Program-made: the position numbers and the translations under genes
The notes under the pieces: model-generated
What the model was told of the DNA's origin: nothing
Database searches by the model: none
Seen by the model: the letters and a program-made list of their open reading frames with translations, nothing else
DNA from: Haplodiscus bocki
Taxonomy: Eukaryota
DNA: 64,000 nucleotides
NCBI GenBank assembly: GCA_965655095.1
Contig: OZ296650.1
Coordinates: 71,796,001-71,860,000, forward strand
Reading direction: 5' to 3'
Shown here: piece after piece, positions 35,785 through 49,132 of the stretch
Layout: each line of letters opens with the position of its first letter
How positions within the stretch are numbered: position 1 is the stretch's first letter

Positions 35785-38149
35785 CTAATGATTCCTTCCG
35801 TTGACGAAAACTTTAAAGAGGCACGCCAGAGAAACTGGGAATTGAGCAGCTACAAGTTATTGATACACGTTTACAGAAACAATTAGATATTTAGCACATT
35901 GTTTTTTTCAAACTATTTAACAAACCACCAAAGATTGAATTGAAAAATTACTTGAAAAATGTCGTTCAACAATAAAACCGTGTTAAAAAAATTCACTTAG
36001 TTAATTGTGTACATGATGGTGAAAAACAACAAAAAAGGGTTATTCGAACCATTTTCAACTGTAACTGTGTGAAATCTAAGAAAACCAGCAAATGAAAGTA
36101 CCCTTCGGATTTTTGAGGATCTTCATGGAGATAAATGGAAAAAATAAAGCAATTAAGAGCAGAAACAATAGAAAGTTTGTTAATACTAAAGCTCTTAAAG
36201 GAACTGGTGCCTCTTGTCTTAAACGGTGTTTTATCTCGAAAATGATCATTCTTTACATTTTCAGTTGAACCCTTTCACCAGAAAAGAAAGCTATCGTTAG
36301 TTGTCGGGACGATATGAACAGATCCGGCTGAGACCATGAGTGCGCATGAAATAAATGCGTTATAGAGCAATATCTTCATAGAAGACGTTTTTCCGCATCA
36401 AGTGTCGCTTTTTTTCCAGGAAAACCAGAGGAATTACAGAATAGATGACAATTAAATTCGCAGGGAAGAGAAGGTCCGAATGATAGTAAGAGATTAGACC
36501 AAAAACTTGTTTCTATGAATCAATAATTTTCACATTACTTTAGCTTTGTCCCAACTCTACACAAAAAGGTTTTAATCAATTTCAAAAATTTCAAACAATT
36601 ATAAAGAATAATCAAACTAGGTGAATTCTTTGAAGTAAATAGTTCCATCCTCAGACGTGACTGCATTCGTTATTCTGGTCCACTATGGAACGGTGTGGAA
36701 ACTGCTACATCTCAATTTTTTTGACATACCTGGATTAATTGGTGTAACTTGTCTAAGAGATAGCTACTTTGGGTTAGTTTTTAAGGTTGTCTAGCAGATA
36801 ATGAAAAATAGTTTGCTATTGTTTCCGTCATTAGTTTAGGTTTTTGACCTTGTGGCTTTGTTTAGCAAATAGAATTGACAAACTTCTGGAGAAACATGTA
36901 TTAGGAAATTATTGATCATGGGCATCCTATGACTTTGATGTAAAAGTTCTTAAACAGTGGCTTTAGCCGAAATGGTTTATTTACTAGTTTTGAGAACAAA
37001 TCTGCCGGAATACAGGCAAATATATCATAAAGCGTTTGATTTTTTACTACCAAGGAACTTTACTGGAAAAACGCCAGTCAGAAAGGTGAAAAATTAGATT
37101 TTCGGTTTTGCTGTGAACACCAAAGCCTTGATACATTTCTCTTAGGTCATAAAACTATTTTAACAAGAATTATTGAAAGTATTGCAATACAAAAGACTGC
37201 TGCTACAAATCTTGCAAAAACTTTTTTGAAAAGTCTTTGGGTTGGTATGTACCCCACTAGACTCCTAAAGAAATTCATGGAGCTTTTTTATCGGTGAATA
37301 ATAAATCTAAAGCACCATGAGGAATATGCCATACTGAAGGATCAGTCTACGGAAACAATGTAAACTTATAAGATGATTAGAGCTTTGTATTAGCTTTAGC
37401 AAGCAAAATTGTTCATCCGCTTTATGTGTATTGTGGTTTTCCAGTTTAGAAATTGGCAAATCGATGAAGATCATTATAATGATGTTTTCGTCATTCCAAC
37501 ATTCCTTTGCGCAAAAAACTTTTTTGGTATAGAAATGTACGCTGATGCTAGCGTGAATGTTATTTATGGTGCTGGGACTGTGTTACAAAGAAATGGAGAA
37601 TCTGTATCATGTATTAGACATTTTACAAAAGATAACGTCCTAAACAGATGTAAAATACGAAATATTTACAGCTGAGACAATGGTTAAAATATATATGTCT
37701 TTGGTAAAGTTTTCTTTCACACGACTGATAAAAGTAACTTTTGTATCCACAAACCGAATAGTAGCTGGTAAGTTTGTTTGGCTTTTTGGCGTTGCTCCTC
37801 CAATGACGAATATTTTTTTCAATTAGTTTTTGCGGGCAACGACCTATTTTTGAAATATTTTATTTGAAAAGACTTTTTTCACTGCTCTCTGGGCCCATCG
37901 CGTCAAAGAGGCGATATCCACATGCTTGATTTTAAAAATTGGCGTTGCGATCACACTTCATATCAGCATATTCTTACCTACAAAGTCACTATTTTCAAAA
38001 AAATTGAAATTTTTACGAACTTAATTTTCCGCACTCGTTTCGTCAATTATGTCATCGCTATTTCTGATTTCTTGAGCAATGCTTCATTATATCTCAGGGT
38101 TGAAATGTGTATTTGCGAAGCTGATTTTGTATGGAAATTGCTTTGTGTT

Positions 38150-38830
38150 CTCATTTAAATCCCAAAACTGCAATTCGTTAAACCGCTTTTAGAAACGAAC
38201 TTCCTTTGTATGTGAAAGTAAGTGGAACACCCACTCTTTTTCCTTTCTTTTTTTTTGTCTAAAAAGTACTGCATCTTTATTCTTCATTCGTTTTCAAAGA
38301 TTCCAATGTTGGTGTTGACTTTTTGAAGAATAAATAGTATTAGTGTTTTTTTCGACCGAACGTATTTCATCTATCCATTTAGCGTGATTTTTCAGAACCA
38401 AATTTTCTGAAAAGATTTCATATAATTCTAATAAAGTTGTGGGAAAATACTGCTCCCCCTTGATTAATAGCGAGAACGAGAATAGTTCTTAACATTTTTT
38501 CTTCAATTACGCAACCTGTAAGTATTTTGTTTATAAGCGCTTTCAAAATCTGTCTCAATCTTATTCGATTTCCTTTTGATAAAGTAAAAACGGCTTCCAT
38601 TAAACATTTTTTTTAATTGAGGACTTTTTTTAAATGGTACTGCTGATCCAAGTTTCCCACAAAATACCTATAAATACTAAAATAGATCTATTGTTTTTTC
38701 CGCTCAAATTCCATTAGGCCTAAAAAAATCCCTGCCCATCTGTCAACGATATTTTAAACATCGGTTTTTCTTGTACCACAAAGTTTTTCGGGAAACAGCA
38801 TAAATCCAATTGATGACACTTGATGCACCA
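38150..38830 (-). pseudogene. Integrase remnant of the second Polinton
   Basis: NNRSILVFI..KLGSAVPFKK; GAVFSHNFIRII (AERFNRTI-like); KWIDEIRSVEKNTNTIYSS. Confidence 0.6.
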
Positions 38831-38849
38831 ATTCAGTTTTGCTGTTGCT

Positions 38850-41760
38850 AAATTTTTGTTGATCTAATTGGACATTTGACAAGGTAACATCTTTTTCATT
38901 TTTTTCTAAATTTCTTTTATCCAGGCTGAAAATTCCTTCGTCTGCCTGTTTCTTGATCTACATGATTCAGAAGTTTCATGAATGGATTTGTGATATTCAG
39001 TTCATTTTTTAAGGCCATTTGGTATAATATCTCCGCTTGAAATTTTTTTTAGCCATTTTAAAGGATATTGTTGATCACCACATATGCCAAATTGCGTGTC
39101 GTAGATTTTTTCTATCTAAAAATCTCTCAACATCCTCAAATCCTGCAAATGTTTTTTTGTTCAAAAATTCAATCCTTTTACTTGTTATAATTTATTTGAT
39201 TTTAGGTGCTATTAAAGAAGCATTAAAAAGACCAAAAGACCACATTTTCGGTATTCAGTTTTTCCATGTTTTAAATCTTCCCCTGTATGTCCTGCTTTAT
39301 TAAATTTTTCCCAATATTTTTCTGAAAAACATTGAATCTGTATCTTTTTGTGAAAAATTATTGGTTTTGAACCCGTCTCCTTAACCTGGTGAAGTGATTC
39401 ACTTTTCTGTTGCTTTTACTCAAAATGAAAGTACCCACTTGCGAAAGCAATCTAGAAAATTTTGAGGTTTCGTCATCATCAATTCCGTCATCTTTCTCAA
39501 GTTTTACAAAAATACTTCCTCCATTTTCCAATTTTTGATATTCTTCAACCCTATCATCAGTTTCAGTTCTCATCCGCTTCTCAGTTTGTGATTTTCTGGG
39601 CAAAATGTTTATCTCCGTGAATGTTTTGACCAAATGAAGCATTCATTAATGAATTCACCCCTTCTTCCAACATTATGTTCCCCTCCTTTCACATTTCTGT
39701 CTTGAAAGAAACATTTTCGAACAATTCCTCCGAAAAGTGATTTTTTGAAATTGTGTTATTTTTATTTACCTTCAAAAATAAAATCAATGTTCCACCGATT
39801 CATGAATCATCGTGATTACCAACCGATTTTAAAGTGTCGATAATAATTTCATTTCTTAGTATATTTTTCCCTTTCCTCAAATTGTCTTTTAATAGACACT
39901 TTTTGCATCAGGGTTTCTTCTTCGTAGAAGTATTTTAATTCGAGTGTTTCCAGAAAGGCTGTTACTTTTGAAGTATTTGTGGTTCGAAACCTTTTTTGTT
40001 GAATCTAGAGAAAAGTTGGTCATTCATGTATTTCCTTTGAAGGAATTGTGCTTCACTTGCAAGACATCCAGCGTTTTTATCCGCCATAGCCAACGAATAC
40101 AATGAAGTAGCATCAAAAGCCATTTGTTTTTTGGTCACGAATCAGTTTTCAAACGTGGCCAGTAACTGATATTTCTGACGGTTTTCGTTGAGTTTTTATT
40201 CTTTCTCCTATGGTTGATATATCTGTTGCCACCTCTTTGAGATGCATTAGCTGCGCCAACATCAACCTATAAGTCACCCTTTTTTTCGTGTTTTTTTATT
40301 TTGTTTTTTTCTCGAAATAACTTTTTAAAGTCATTAGGCCGCCATTGATTTTCAGTTTTTGCAGTAATTCCAAAATCAATTTTTCGGTTTTCAATTTGAT
40401 TATCTTGATTGAGAGCTCCAGCTTCACCATTTTCAAACTTTGTCTAACGAAACAACAGATTTTTTTATCAGCGTATGTGTAAAAAGGCTGATCATCTTTT
40501 ATCCTCAAGAATTTAAATGTTTCCATCTCAAAAAAGCAATTAGCAATCTTTCATTCCGAATCTAGTTTTTTTGACAATTCGTTTGTTCATCTTCAAAAAA
40601 AGGAGAAATCAAGACTTCCATTTTTAAAAATGGCTCCCATTCATCATATAGATATTACCAAGTGTCTATATTTCGTTTTTCATGATCTACTTCAGTTTTG
40701 AACAACTCTTGTTGTAAACCACGTGTTTTTCCCAGAAATTTGTAAAAACCTTGGAAATCATTCATTTTGCACGGTAAACTTTTGTATTGTTATTTTCCGT
40801 TCTAATTTTTTTAACGTGGGAGAATCCGTTAAAAACGTCCACTGTCTTCGTCTGTTTAGACCTTTCAATGGGTTTTTTTACCCCAAGTAGCTAAATTATT
40901 CAAAAAACTCCAAGCATCACAGTCTGATTTATCATGTGCAGTATGAATTATTTCGTTTCTCCGAATAAATTTGAAAATCAGATTGTTTTTATGCTCTCCT
41001 TGGTATTTTCTCAAAGTTTAGAACATTTGGGTAAAACAATCTTCTCCTTCCGTTACAACCTCATTGGTGCTACCTTCTTCATTCTCTTCGTTTGTTTAGT
41101 CTCGATGAAACGTTCCCGTAGGTTTTAAAAAAGGATTGTAATCAACTGCATTTACCATTGCGCTGTCTCTTTTAAATGTTTTCAAGTTGTATTTTGAAAC
41201 TTTCCTTAGTTGAATTTCTTATTTTGACAATTTTTATTCTCATCATATTGTTTCTCTTTATGGGAGTCAATTCGTGCTTTTGTATTTTGTTTTATTTTTT
41301 TGCTAACTTTCTTTTAAGATAACTTTTGTTTTTCCATAAAACCTAAGTACGTTTTTTCTCTTGTACAAAAGACCTTTGTTTCTTTTTTTATATGACCTAC
41401 GCATTACTTTTTTTCCCATTGAAACAATTAATACCGATGCCGCTTTTTCTAGAACAAAATCTATAATTTCTGGCTTCGATTATAACTTTTTTTTCACTGA
41501 GAAACAATAAAGTCTTCTTTGTCCTTCAAATCTAAGTTATACAGTCGAAACATAAACACGCTATTTAAATTAATTCTTTCTCTTACGGTTATAACCAGTT
41601 TTTTCTGTCATGTTCTCTTTTTTAGCAAAAGAAGTGCCTACGTTATCTTTTTGACTACGTTTTACTTTCTCAAAAAGAATATCACGATTTTCAAGCAAAT
41701 ATCTTATAAAAACTACATCATCCCCGTTGTACTTCATTTCGATTTGATTTGAATACGTAT
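38850..41760 (-). pseudogene. pPolB remnant of the second Polinton
   Basis: MAFDATSLYSLAMA (motif A, ~40082-40123), SQVGTFILSKSNR, KDTDSMF (motif C, ~39330-39347), LIAPKIK, FVRQSLK. Confidence 0.8.
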
Positions 41761-44700
41761 TGAAAGCTTCAATATTTTTTGAAAGAATAGTTGAATCTTG
41801 TTTGTGATGGTTCTCACTCCAGGGTGAGGAGGGCGGATGTGACAGCTGAATTTCTTCAGATCCGCTTGTTCCTAAAAAACTAATTAAATCTCTTTTAGCC
41901 TATCAGAGCTTCAATTGACGGGGAATAATCCACTTCGTTTTAATTGGATGAGCTCCTGCAAACAGAACACGGTCAATTACGCGTTTTCTGGCAAAAATGT
42001 AGCAATTTGTACACAAGAAAAAAGAGTTTCTTTATCAGCGGAAAACATTATTTTTCATCCTTTCAGGTTTTCGATGTGAGAAGCAAAATTTTCCCGCAAA
42101 TTTATCCGAAATTGTCCAGAAACATACAGCGCGGTTAGGACTTTGTTGGATGGAACTCACAAAATAATAGTAGAATAGATGTCATTACAGCACCACGAAG
42201 GTATAACTTTTGTACCTTTTGGAATTTTGGACTTGTTAGTATTCTAATCATGAAAAATAACTGTACTTAATTTGTCATAAACACTAGTGCAAAAAGACAG
42301 CCGTGGTCTGAATTTTTCCTGGAAGGCTTCAAGCCATTAGTATTGTAGAGAAAAGAGTTCGAATGTCTAGAAAAATCAATACGATGAGTTTCCTCCGGCA
42401 TTATTGGGTTTCAATTCTGCAACAACAAAAGTTTCCCATAGGGTTCGGAAATGAAACCAAAATACGAATTTGAATGTTCAAAGAAGCTTTATTTTGTACC
42501 CCCCTCCCTCCCCCCCCCCAGAAAAAAATTAATTTTGTAATGAGGTTTAACGAGTCTTTCCGGTTTTTGTGGGGGTTTTCTTCAAAAATTTGAAACTCAA
42601 GCAAGAATACTGATAAATGCTGAAAGAATCTCATTTTTAAACCATTTTTGCCAAATTTCTCCAGAAAAAAACGAAAAAATTCTTTGCTGTAATGAAATGA
42701 ATTATTAGATGGAAAAATTTCATAATAGCGCAACACATAATAGCGCAAAAAATTCTGGTAAATCAAGCCCAGACCGCTGTAGTCCCCCAATATTTTGCGA
42801 TCGATCGATAAAATAAAGAAGCAGGGTTGACTTTGATTAAGTTAAACGAGAACTTTCTTGAGAAAGTAAACTGAACTGGCAAATTGGCTGTGGAAAGAAT
42901 GCATTCACTGAGTTTTTTTCGCAATTCCATTACGACCGAAATTTTCAACTTTCTCAGAAGTCGCTGGCAGGACATTCTGTCAAATCCCGTTTCAGCCAAT
43001 GTTGTGGATAAATCTTTTCAAGTATAGCATAAATTGAGTGATCCAAGTGTCAGGCATAGGACCATAAAAAATCACTTTCGTGGTTTCATGTTAGGAAAAC
43101 TTCAAAACTTGGGTTGCGGTGCAGGGTTTGGTGAAAGCCGGGAATCCACTGCCAATTGAGGTAAAAACGATTGCACCGTAATTTTATTTCTCATAAAAGA
43201 CTGAGAATGAATGAAGGCGTATAATCCAAGGTACAATTTTTTTTTGCAGTCAGCAAAATGTTTGAGTTTTTTAGATTCTCCTCGTTGAAAGGCATCTGAA
43301 AACATACTCATGATCTACGAAACAGCACAAAGCGCATAATCGAGTCTTTTCAAGTTCTTCAGCCAAAATTTGAGTTGGTTTAGAACCGATGTGAGTTGAT
43401 GGTCCAAAGTTTCAACAGAGGTACCAAAAAACATTTGCAATGGTTTCATTGAGGGCTGTTTTTTGAAATATTCTAGTACAAAAATTCAACATAAATAATT
43501 GCAGTGTCTTCCAGTTGATCGAAAAGCATATTTACACGCCCATATGTATGTTTTGAAAGAAAAATATCCATGTTTCTGCTGTTTTTCATCCAGTTCAAAA
43601 CTTTTCGCAAAGTTTCGAATACTTTTGGGCAATTGAAATGATCTTAATAGAGTTGAAAGTTTTCTAGTCCCAACAACAAGTAATAATTTTAATGTAGTTT
43701 GCAATGATTCAGCATAGAGTATGTCCACGCGTTTTGTGGCGTATTGAAGTTTAACTTCAGAAGAAAGAATTGGCATAATCGTGATGGATTTTGCTTATTC
43801 CGTAAGTATGTCGCAAAATGGCAATTAGATACGGTAAATACTACTTTATATCAACGTTGGTAATAATAGTATTAATTATGTTAAAAAGCCGTCTATTGCT
43901 TCTTTACTAAGTAAAGTTGTCAAGTTAAGGTGCAGAACAAAGAAAAAAATATGTTTTTTATAATTGTAAGAAAATGTTTGTAAGGGAAGTACACTTACAA
44001 ATTGACATGATCAGATGCTTTCAAAAGCATGGAGAATTGTCTGCGTGTGAAAATCATTTGCGGGTTAAATATCTGTCGGTTGAAATGGTCCGAGACAGCA
44101 GGTGTCTCTAGAACTTTGAAAAGTTCTGATTTCAAGATGATCGGTCCACCAAATGGGAAGAATCGTCCAATAAATATTTTTCCATTAACAAAAAATTTTG
44201 TTGGCGGAAGTTTTATCGTTAGAAAACTTTATCACATTGAAATGTACCTATGCGCTTGGTCCTGTATGCATTCTACTCTCAAAATTTTGTCATGAACTCT
44301 GAATCAATTTGAGGGACTTAGTGATAGTTTTTTTTAAATCCTTCTACATCAAATTTCTCATTTTTTTTCAACTGAGAGAAAGATCGTGAAAATAAATTCC
44401 AAACTAAATATTCAACAGGTGAATTACAAACATCTATAAAACTTGGTTTGATTTGAGAATATTTCATCTGGAAAAGATGTCTAAGCATATATATCTAAAT
44501 AGATGTTGTAGAACGTTCGTCTGATTTGCATGAAAAACATTTTAATTTCAATTGCTAATTTACATTATTGTATGAAAAATTTTCAGAGCAAAACATGATA
44601 GCTTCTTTCATTGTTTTCATTGTAGTTTGAAACACTTTTTTACAGAGCATCTATTTGATTGATCGTGTATTTATAAATGTATGTTGTCAAAGTGAAAATT

Positions 44701-44770
44701 TCAAGTCCCATGAAGTAAGCATTGGTTCAGCATATGTCCCACTTAAAAATAGAATAAAATTAAAGTTTGT

Positions 44771-45445
44771 CTATAGTGCCTCATAATCATGGTTGCCTCC
44801 AGGGAGCATTTTACTACTGGCGAAGATCACAAATACGACAGGTCCGACTAAGTTAATGCACCCACACATATCGAAGACATATTGCCAGGTGGCGTAGCTG
44901 TATGGATTGCCTTCGGTGATCCACTCTGAAACATGGGGCGCCATGAAACTGGAGCAGATACCGTACAAGTTGACATATGAAAAGACAGCTCCAACATAAT
45001 GCTTGTTTGGGCAAATGTCCAGCACCTGTGAACATATCTGGGTGATGAAGCATGCATTGGCAATCGACCCCATGCTGAGGAATATGATTGCCCAATGTTG
45101 GTCACAAGGTACGAAGCGAATGCAGAAGCAGAAAGCAGCGGCAACGACTCCTCCAAAAACTACAAACAACTTCCGGATGTTGATAGTGCTAATCTTTTTG
45201 GATTGTCTGGCCAGATCAGTGAAGTAAGAGCAGAGTATGCTGAATATGGTGCAAAGAAGGTGCGGCAGTCCACTGTACAGACCGCTAATGGTGACGTCTA
45301 AGGCCAACACATAGGAGAGATAACTTGGAACAACGGTTAGCAGGAGAGTGTACATGAAATCAGTGCATGCCATCAGAACGCAACAGCTGTACACGTTGAC
45401 GTTAGTCAGAATCGCTTTCCATGGTATGTTTTTGCTTAGATCGAT
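44771..45445 (-). CDS. Terminal coding exon of a host SLC17-family (sialin/VGLUT-like) MFS anion transporter
   Basis: Intact frame IDLSKNIPWKAILT...LLTVVPSYLSYVL..SGLYSGLPHL...IRKLF...LDICP..YVGAV...WQYVF..FVIFAS. Phase-0 acceptor tttgttttcag with AG at 45447-45446; TAG stop at 44771. Upstream exons not recognised. Confidence 0.9.
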   Translation of the reverse strand: MDLSKNIPWKAILTNVNVYSCCVLMACTDFMYTLLLTVVPSYLSYVLALDVTISGLYSGLPHLLCTIFSILCSYFTDLARQSKKISTINIRKLFVVFGGVVAAAFCFCIRFVPCDQHWAIIFLSMGSIANACFITQICSQVLDICPNKHYVGAVFSYVNLYGICSSFMAPHVSEWITEGNPYSYATWQYVFDMCGCINLVGPVVFVIFASSKMLPGGNHDYEAL

Positions 45446-47689
45446 CTGAAAACAAACGATCAAGCTGATAAGGTAGAGATCATTCAATGTTCCGTTTGTG
45501 TGAAAGCATTTCCCAATTCAAATCGCGAAATTATACTATGAATGGTTGTAATATTTGGCGTCACACGTGAGGATGTATAATTAAGAGAGAAACAATAATT
45601 GATGGAAAAATCTTGAAACAATCGATTGTTTGCGACTCCATTTTCATTTTGATTTTGTTTTATTTATTTCTAATACTAAACTCACCTCAAATCAATAGTA
45701 AAAGAGTGATTACATGCCTCGAATGTTCATTTTCCAAATTTAGTTTCTCAAAAAGCCTCAATCGATTTATGATCGACAAGCTAACAAGCAGCAAACGTCA
45801 AAATTTACCAGAAATAGTATTTACCTGTAAAAACTTCCATTTTTTGCAGTAACTATTTCTCGAGAGTTTTTGAATTGACAAGTTTAAGATAAATATTCTT
45901 TCTGACGATTTAATGCTTGATTTATCATGTTTCAAAATATCCAATTAATTTTATAGCCTTTGATTTTGAAAATTTTTGAGCACTTTGGCAGATGTAAATT
46001 GTAATTTTTGAAAAAGTTGAGCTTCCTTAATCGAGCTAGCAGAGAAGTTTTAGATGTTTTTGTAAGTTGCCTGACAATTCTTAACAAGTTTTTACATGAT
46101 TCATGTAACATTTTATATACTTGAAAATTTGACTGCTGTAGGGAATTTTTACAAAATTTTCCATGGACATTTCCTAATATGACATGCAGTCAAAATTTTG
46201 TCATCGCGATCATTTATTCAATACACGGATTTCCGTTTGCTCCCAATGAGAGGTTCCAAATGTAGCAGATGCTTTTCATTAGGTAAAAATAAGGCATTCT
46301 AGCATTCTTGGAGAAAATCAAAAACTTCAGAAAAAACACAGAATTATAATGTTGCAGGCTCAAAATTAGTATTACTTGATTGATTTCGGATATATATACA
46401 CCATAATTACAAACTTTCGTCGGAGTTTAGTCCAGAGTTTGTTCTCACTTCTGACTGTTTGTGGAAAGGAAACAAAAAGCTAGTGTTACTTTGCTGATGT
46501 AAAGTAGTGTATAAAAATTGAGAAAGTAATTTCTGACAAGTTCTGTTTATAATTTGAATGGACTATGTGAAAACAGTTCGATGTTGCATGGAAAATTTGT
46601 TAAAACTTTCCATGTTGCAGGCTAATTAGGTAAGATTTTCCCATGCAAGATTCTTGAGTTTAATATATTTTTTGAAAAAATCTTCCGTGCATGCAATCAT
46701 GCAACACACAAAATGTTCATGCACGCTCGACTAGGGTTATAGCTGGTTACGAAAATCTTCGAATGGTGAGCTGATTTTAGGGAAGTTTTGAAACAAAATT
46801 GGTGAAACTATGAATTCTCAACAAAAAAACAACGAGTCTTCGAAAGTTTGGATCGATTATGATATCCTAATAAAAACCACGAAAATTTCTTTATTTCTGT
46901 CAAAAGTTAATCACTTTTGTATGGACAAAAGCTTCATGAAATTTCATGACAAAAAAATCAACATTTTTCCCCTTTGTGAAATTGCATTACTTTCATCTGA
47001 ATGAATCGGAAGGCCAAAGTAAAGCACGTTGGATTTTGAAAGCAAAAACAACCTGAATCGAATATTGGAAAAGTCAGCTCCAACTGCAAGTGCATTCACG
47101 TGCATTTCACACATCGGAAGTCAAGACTTAAACGTTTTATTGCAACAGAATGATAACGCAGATTTACTTAGTGTAGGTTTCTTGAAATTCGACGAAAATT
47201 CAGATTGAGACTGGCATAATCGCTTAAAAATTACCTGACTTGGAATTGATGATCACTATCCAGTTTACGTTCGATTTCCTTCATATACTCACAAGTTTTT
47301 GTAAGTCTACAGCTTCACACCTATTCATTTTTTCACAAAGAATTTTCAGTTTTAGGTTTTGAAATTTGTGGAAACTTTTTTTAAGCTCTCTAAGGTCAAT
47401 TGAATTTGTCAAATCAGACATGAAAAGCCTGGGGCCTCAATATTTTGAAAAACCTCCAAACATTTTTCGTACTAAATGAGTTTTCCAGTTCTTCCTCGAC
47501 CCCCGTGCATTACTTAAGCTTTCCATCAACTTTCAGTCCTTCATTTTTTCTTCATTTCGGCTCATTTTTGATTTTCGACAACAAAAAAGTCAATCAGAAC
47601 TGGCCGAACAGGCAATGAATATTTTTTTTCAAAGACTCAAGTCTCCTCCAATTCTTTCAACTCTGAAATTAGGCTGGATCGACTTCTGA

Positions 47690-49120
47690 TGTACTCGGTC
47701 AAGGTGTAAATTCACGGAGTGAGAGGAGCTTTGACCGAATTACCTGCTTTAGGAAAATGATTTTTGTGGGAACGGTCCTCGTTGTACTCGTGGTTTTCCC
47801 CTTCGTAAATCCAGGAAGTCTCGGGAGCAGCTTCGGATTGCATCCGAGCCCGTGATTTCAGAACGGAATCATCCAGTTTTCATAGGGCGCCCAGATACCA
47901 ACTCTCAGTACTGTTGAACTCTTGAAAAAATTTTTCAATCACTCTCCGTTCTATTTTTTCGGAGACTTGGGTAATTTAGTCCGCATTTACTCTGCGAAAT
48001 TCTGTGTCAGGCGACAAGTTGTACCTAAGATGTTCCTTTTGATTTTTTCTGTTGATGACTGCCAGGTTGCTTTTTTTCGTTATCATCGCCGTTTGCAAAG
48101 GAAAAAATATTTAAACAGCGGTCAAGGTGGAATTGACTTTTTTCTAAATTCCAATTTGGGAATAATTGGTTAAATATGGTCAGTTTACCAAAATTGTAAC
48201 ACCGGTTATCAACATCAGTACACTCATTAATAAACCTTTTTTTTCTTGGCGGGAAACAGAATTGTTTAAACGCAAGTCAAAGTACAAAATAGGGACAAAT
48301 ACTTACAAGATAAACTACAAAGCAAAAAATGCCAACCAAGGCCGGAAATAACCATTTTCCATCTAAATTTTTTCCTCAAACGTTGCGTTCTTTCCATCCT
48401 TCGACAAAAAATGGACGGACCTAATCCGTCAGAAGTGGATAACAAAGTACTTATTTCCGTGCTGACATGCTGTTCAGTAACAAAATACCTTTATTTAGAA
48501 AGTTGCATAAATGAGAAATATGAATACTTACATATCAAGCATTTCAATAATGGAATTACAAAAAACAATCATGCCTATTTCATGCACAGTTCAAAACAGA
48601 ATGACTTACTTGTGTTCTTGTTCAAAAATTGAATAGGAACTGGGAGCACTCCGGTGGTTCCTCGTTTGAATGATAAGTTACCAGGACGTTCCGGAAGATT
48701 TTCGTATTCAATGGTAGTGGCAAGTCAATTAGTTATTTTGAACGGTGGTAAGAAGTGAATAAGGAATCACTTTTTGTTCAGCTGTTCTAGCAGAGCATAG
48801 CAATACAAACTATGTGTTAGATTGGTTGTGACATCACCGGACTAGTAGCGACGGAACACGTACGGAAGAAGTATTCACTCCTAAAGTCTTCAAGCTGTTA
48901 AATAGTTGAATCGATGTTATTCTGACATCAATCAGTTCAGGAATTACACAGCACTTTTTAAATCAATTATTACTGCAAATGAAAAACCTAAACCTCCTAA
49001 ATGAGTTTATACTTTTTTATTCAAAATTTATTATAAGGAAAGGATTTTTAGATTAGTATAAGATACTAAGTAAAAATCAGTTTGTTCCGTAACCGTTCGG
49101 TCATAGTCTGGATCAGTTCA
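47690..49120 (-). mobile_element. Solo LTR B (~1.43 kb, older copy)
   Basis: Minus strand TGaactgatccag...agtaCA; colinear with 49133-50583 along its length, including the decayed ORF. Confidence 0.6.
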
Positions 49121-49132
49121 GTAGGGTGATAC

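Larger units (their letters stand above)
29800..41800. mobile_element. Heavily decayed second Polinton-like element of a different lineage (ends not resolved)
   Basis: Remnants of pPolB, integrase, ATPase and penton-like genes listed below; no TIR or TSD found. Confidence 0.75.

Noticed and set aside
36500-37800. Major capsid gene of the second Polinton
   Set aside because: Expected by position, but I could not read convincing MCP motifs, so it is not listed as a feature.
42401-43776. Minus-strand ORF fragments suggesting a transposase
   Set aside because: No catalytic motif or element ends found.
45446-45487. N-terminal extension MNDLYLISLIVCFQ of the transporter ORF
   Set aside because: Intronic read-through across the polypyrimidine tract and AG acceptor.
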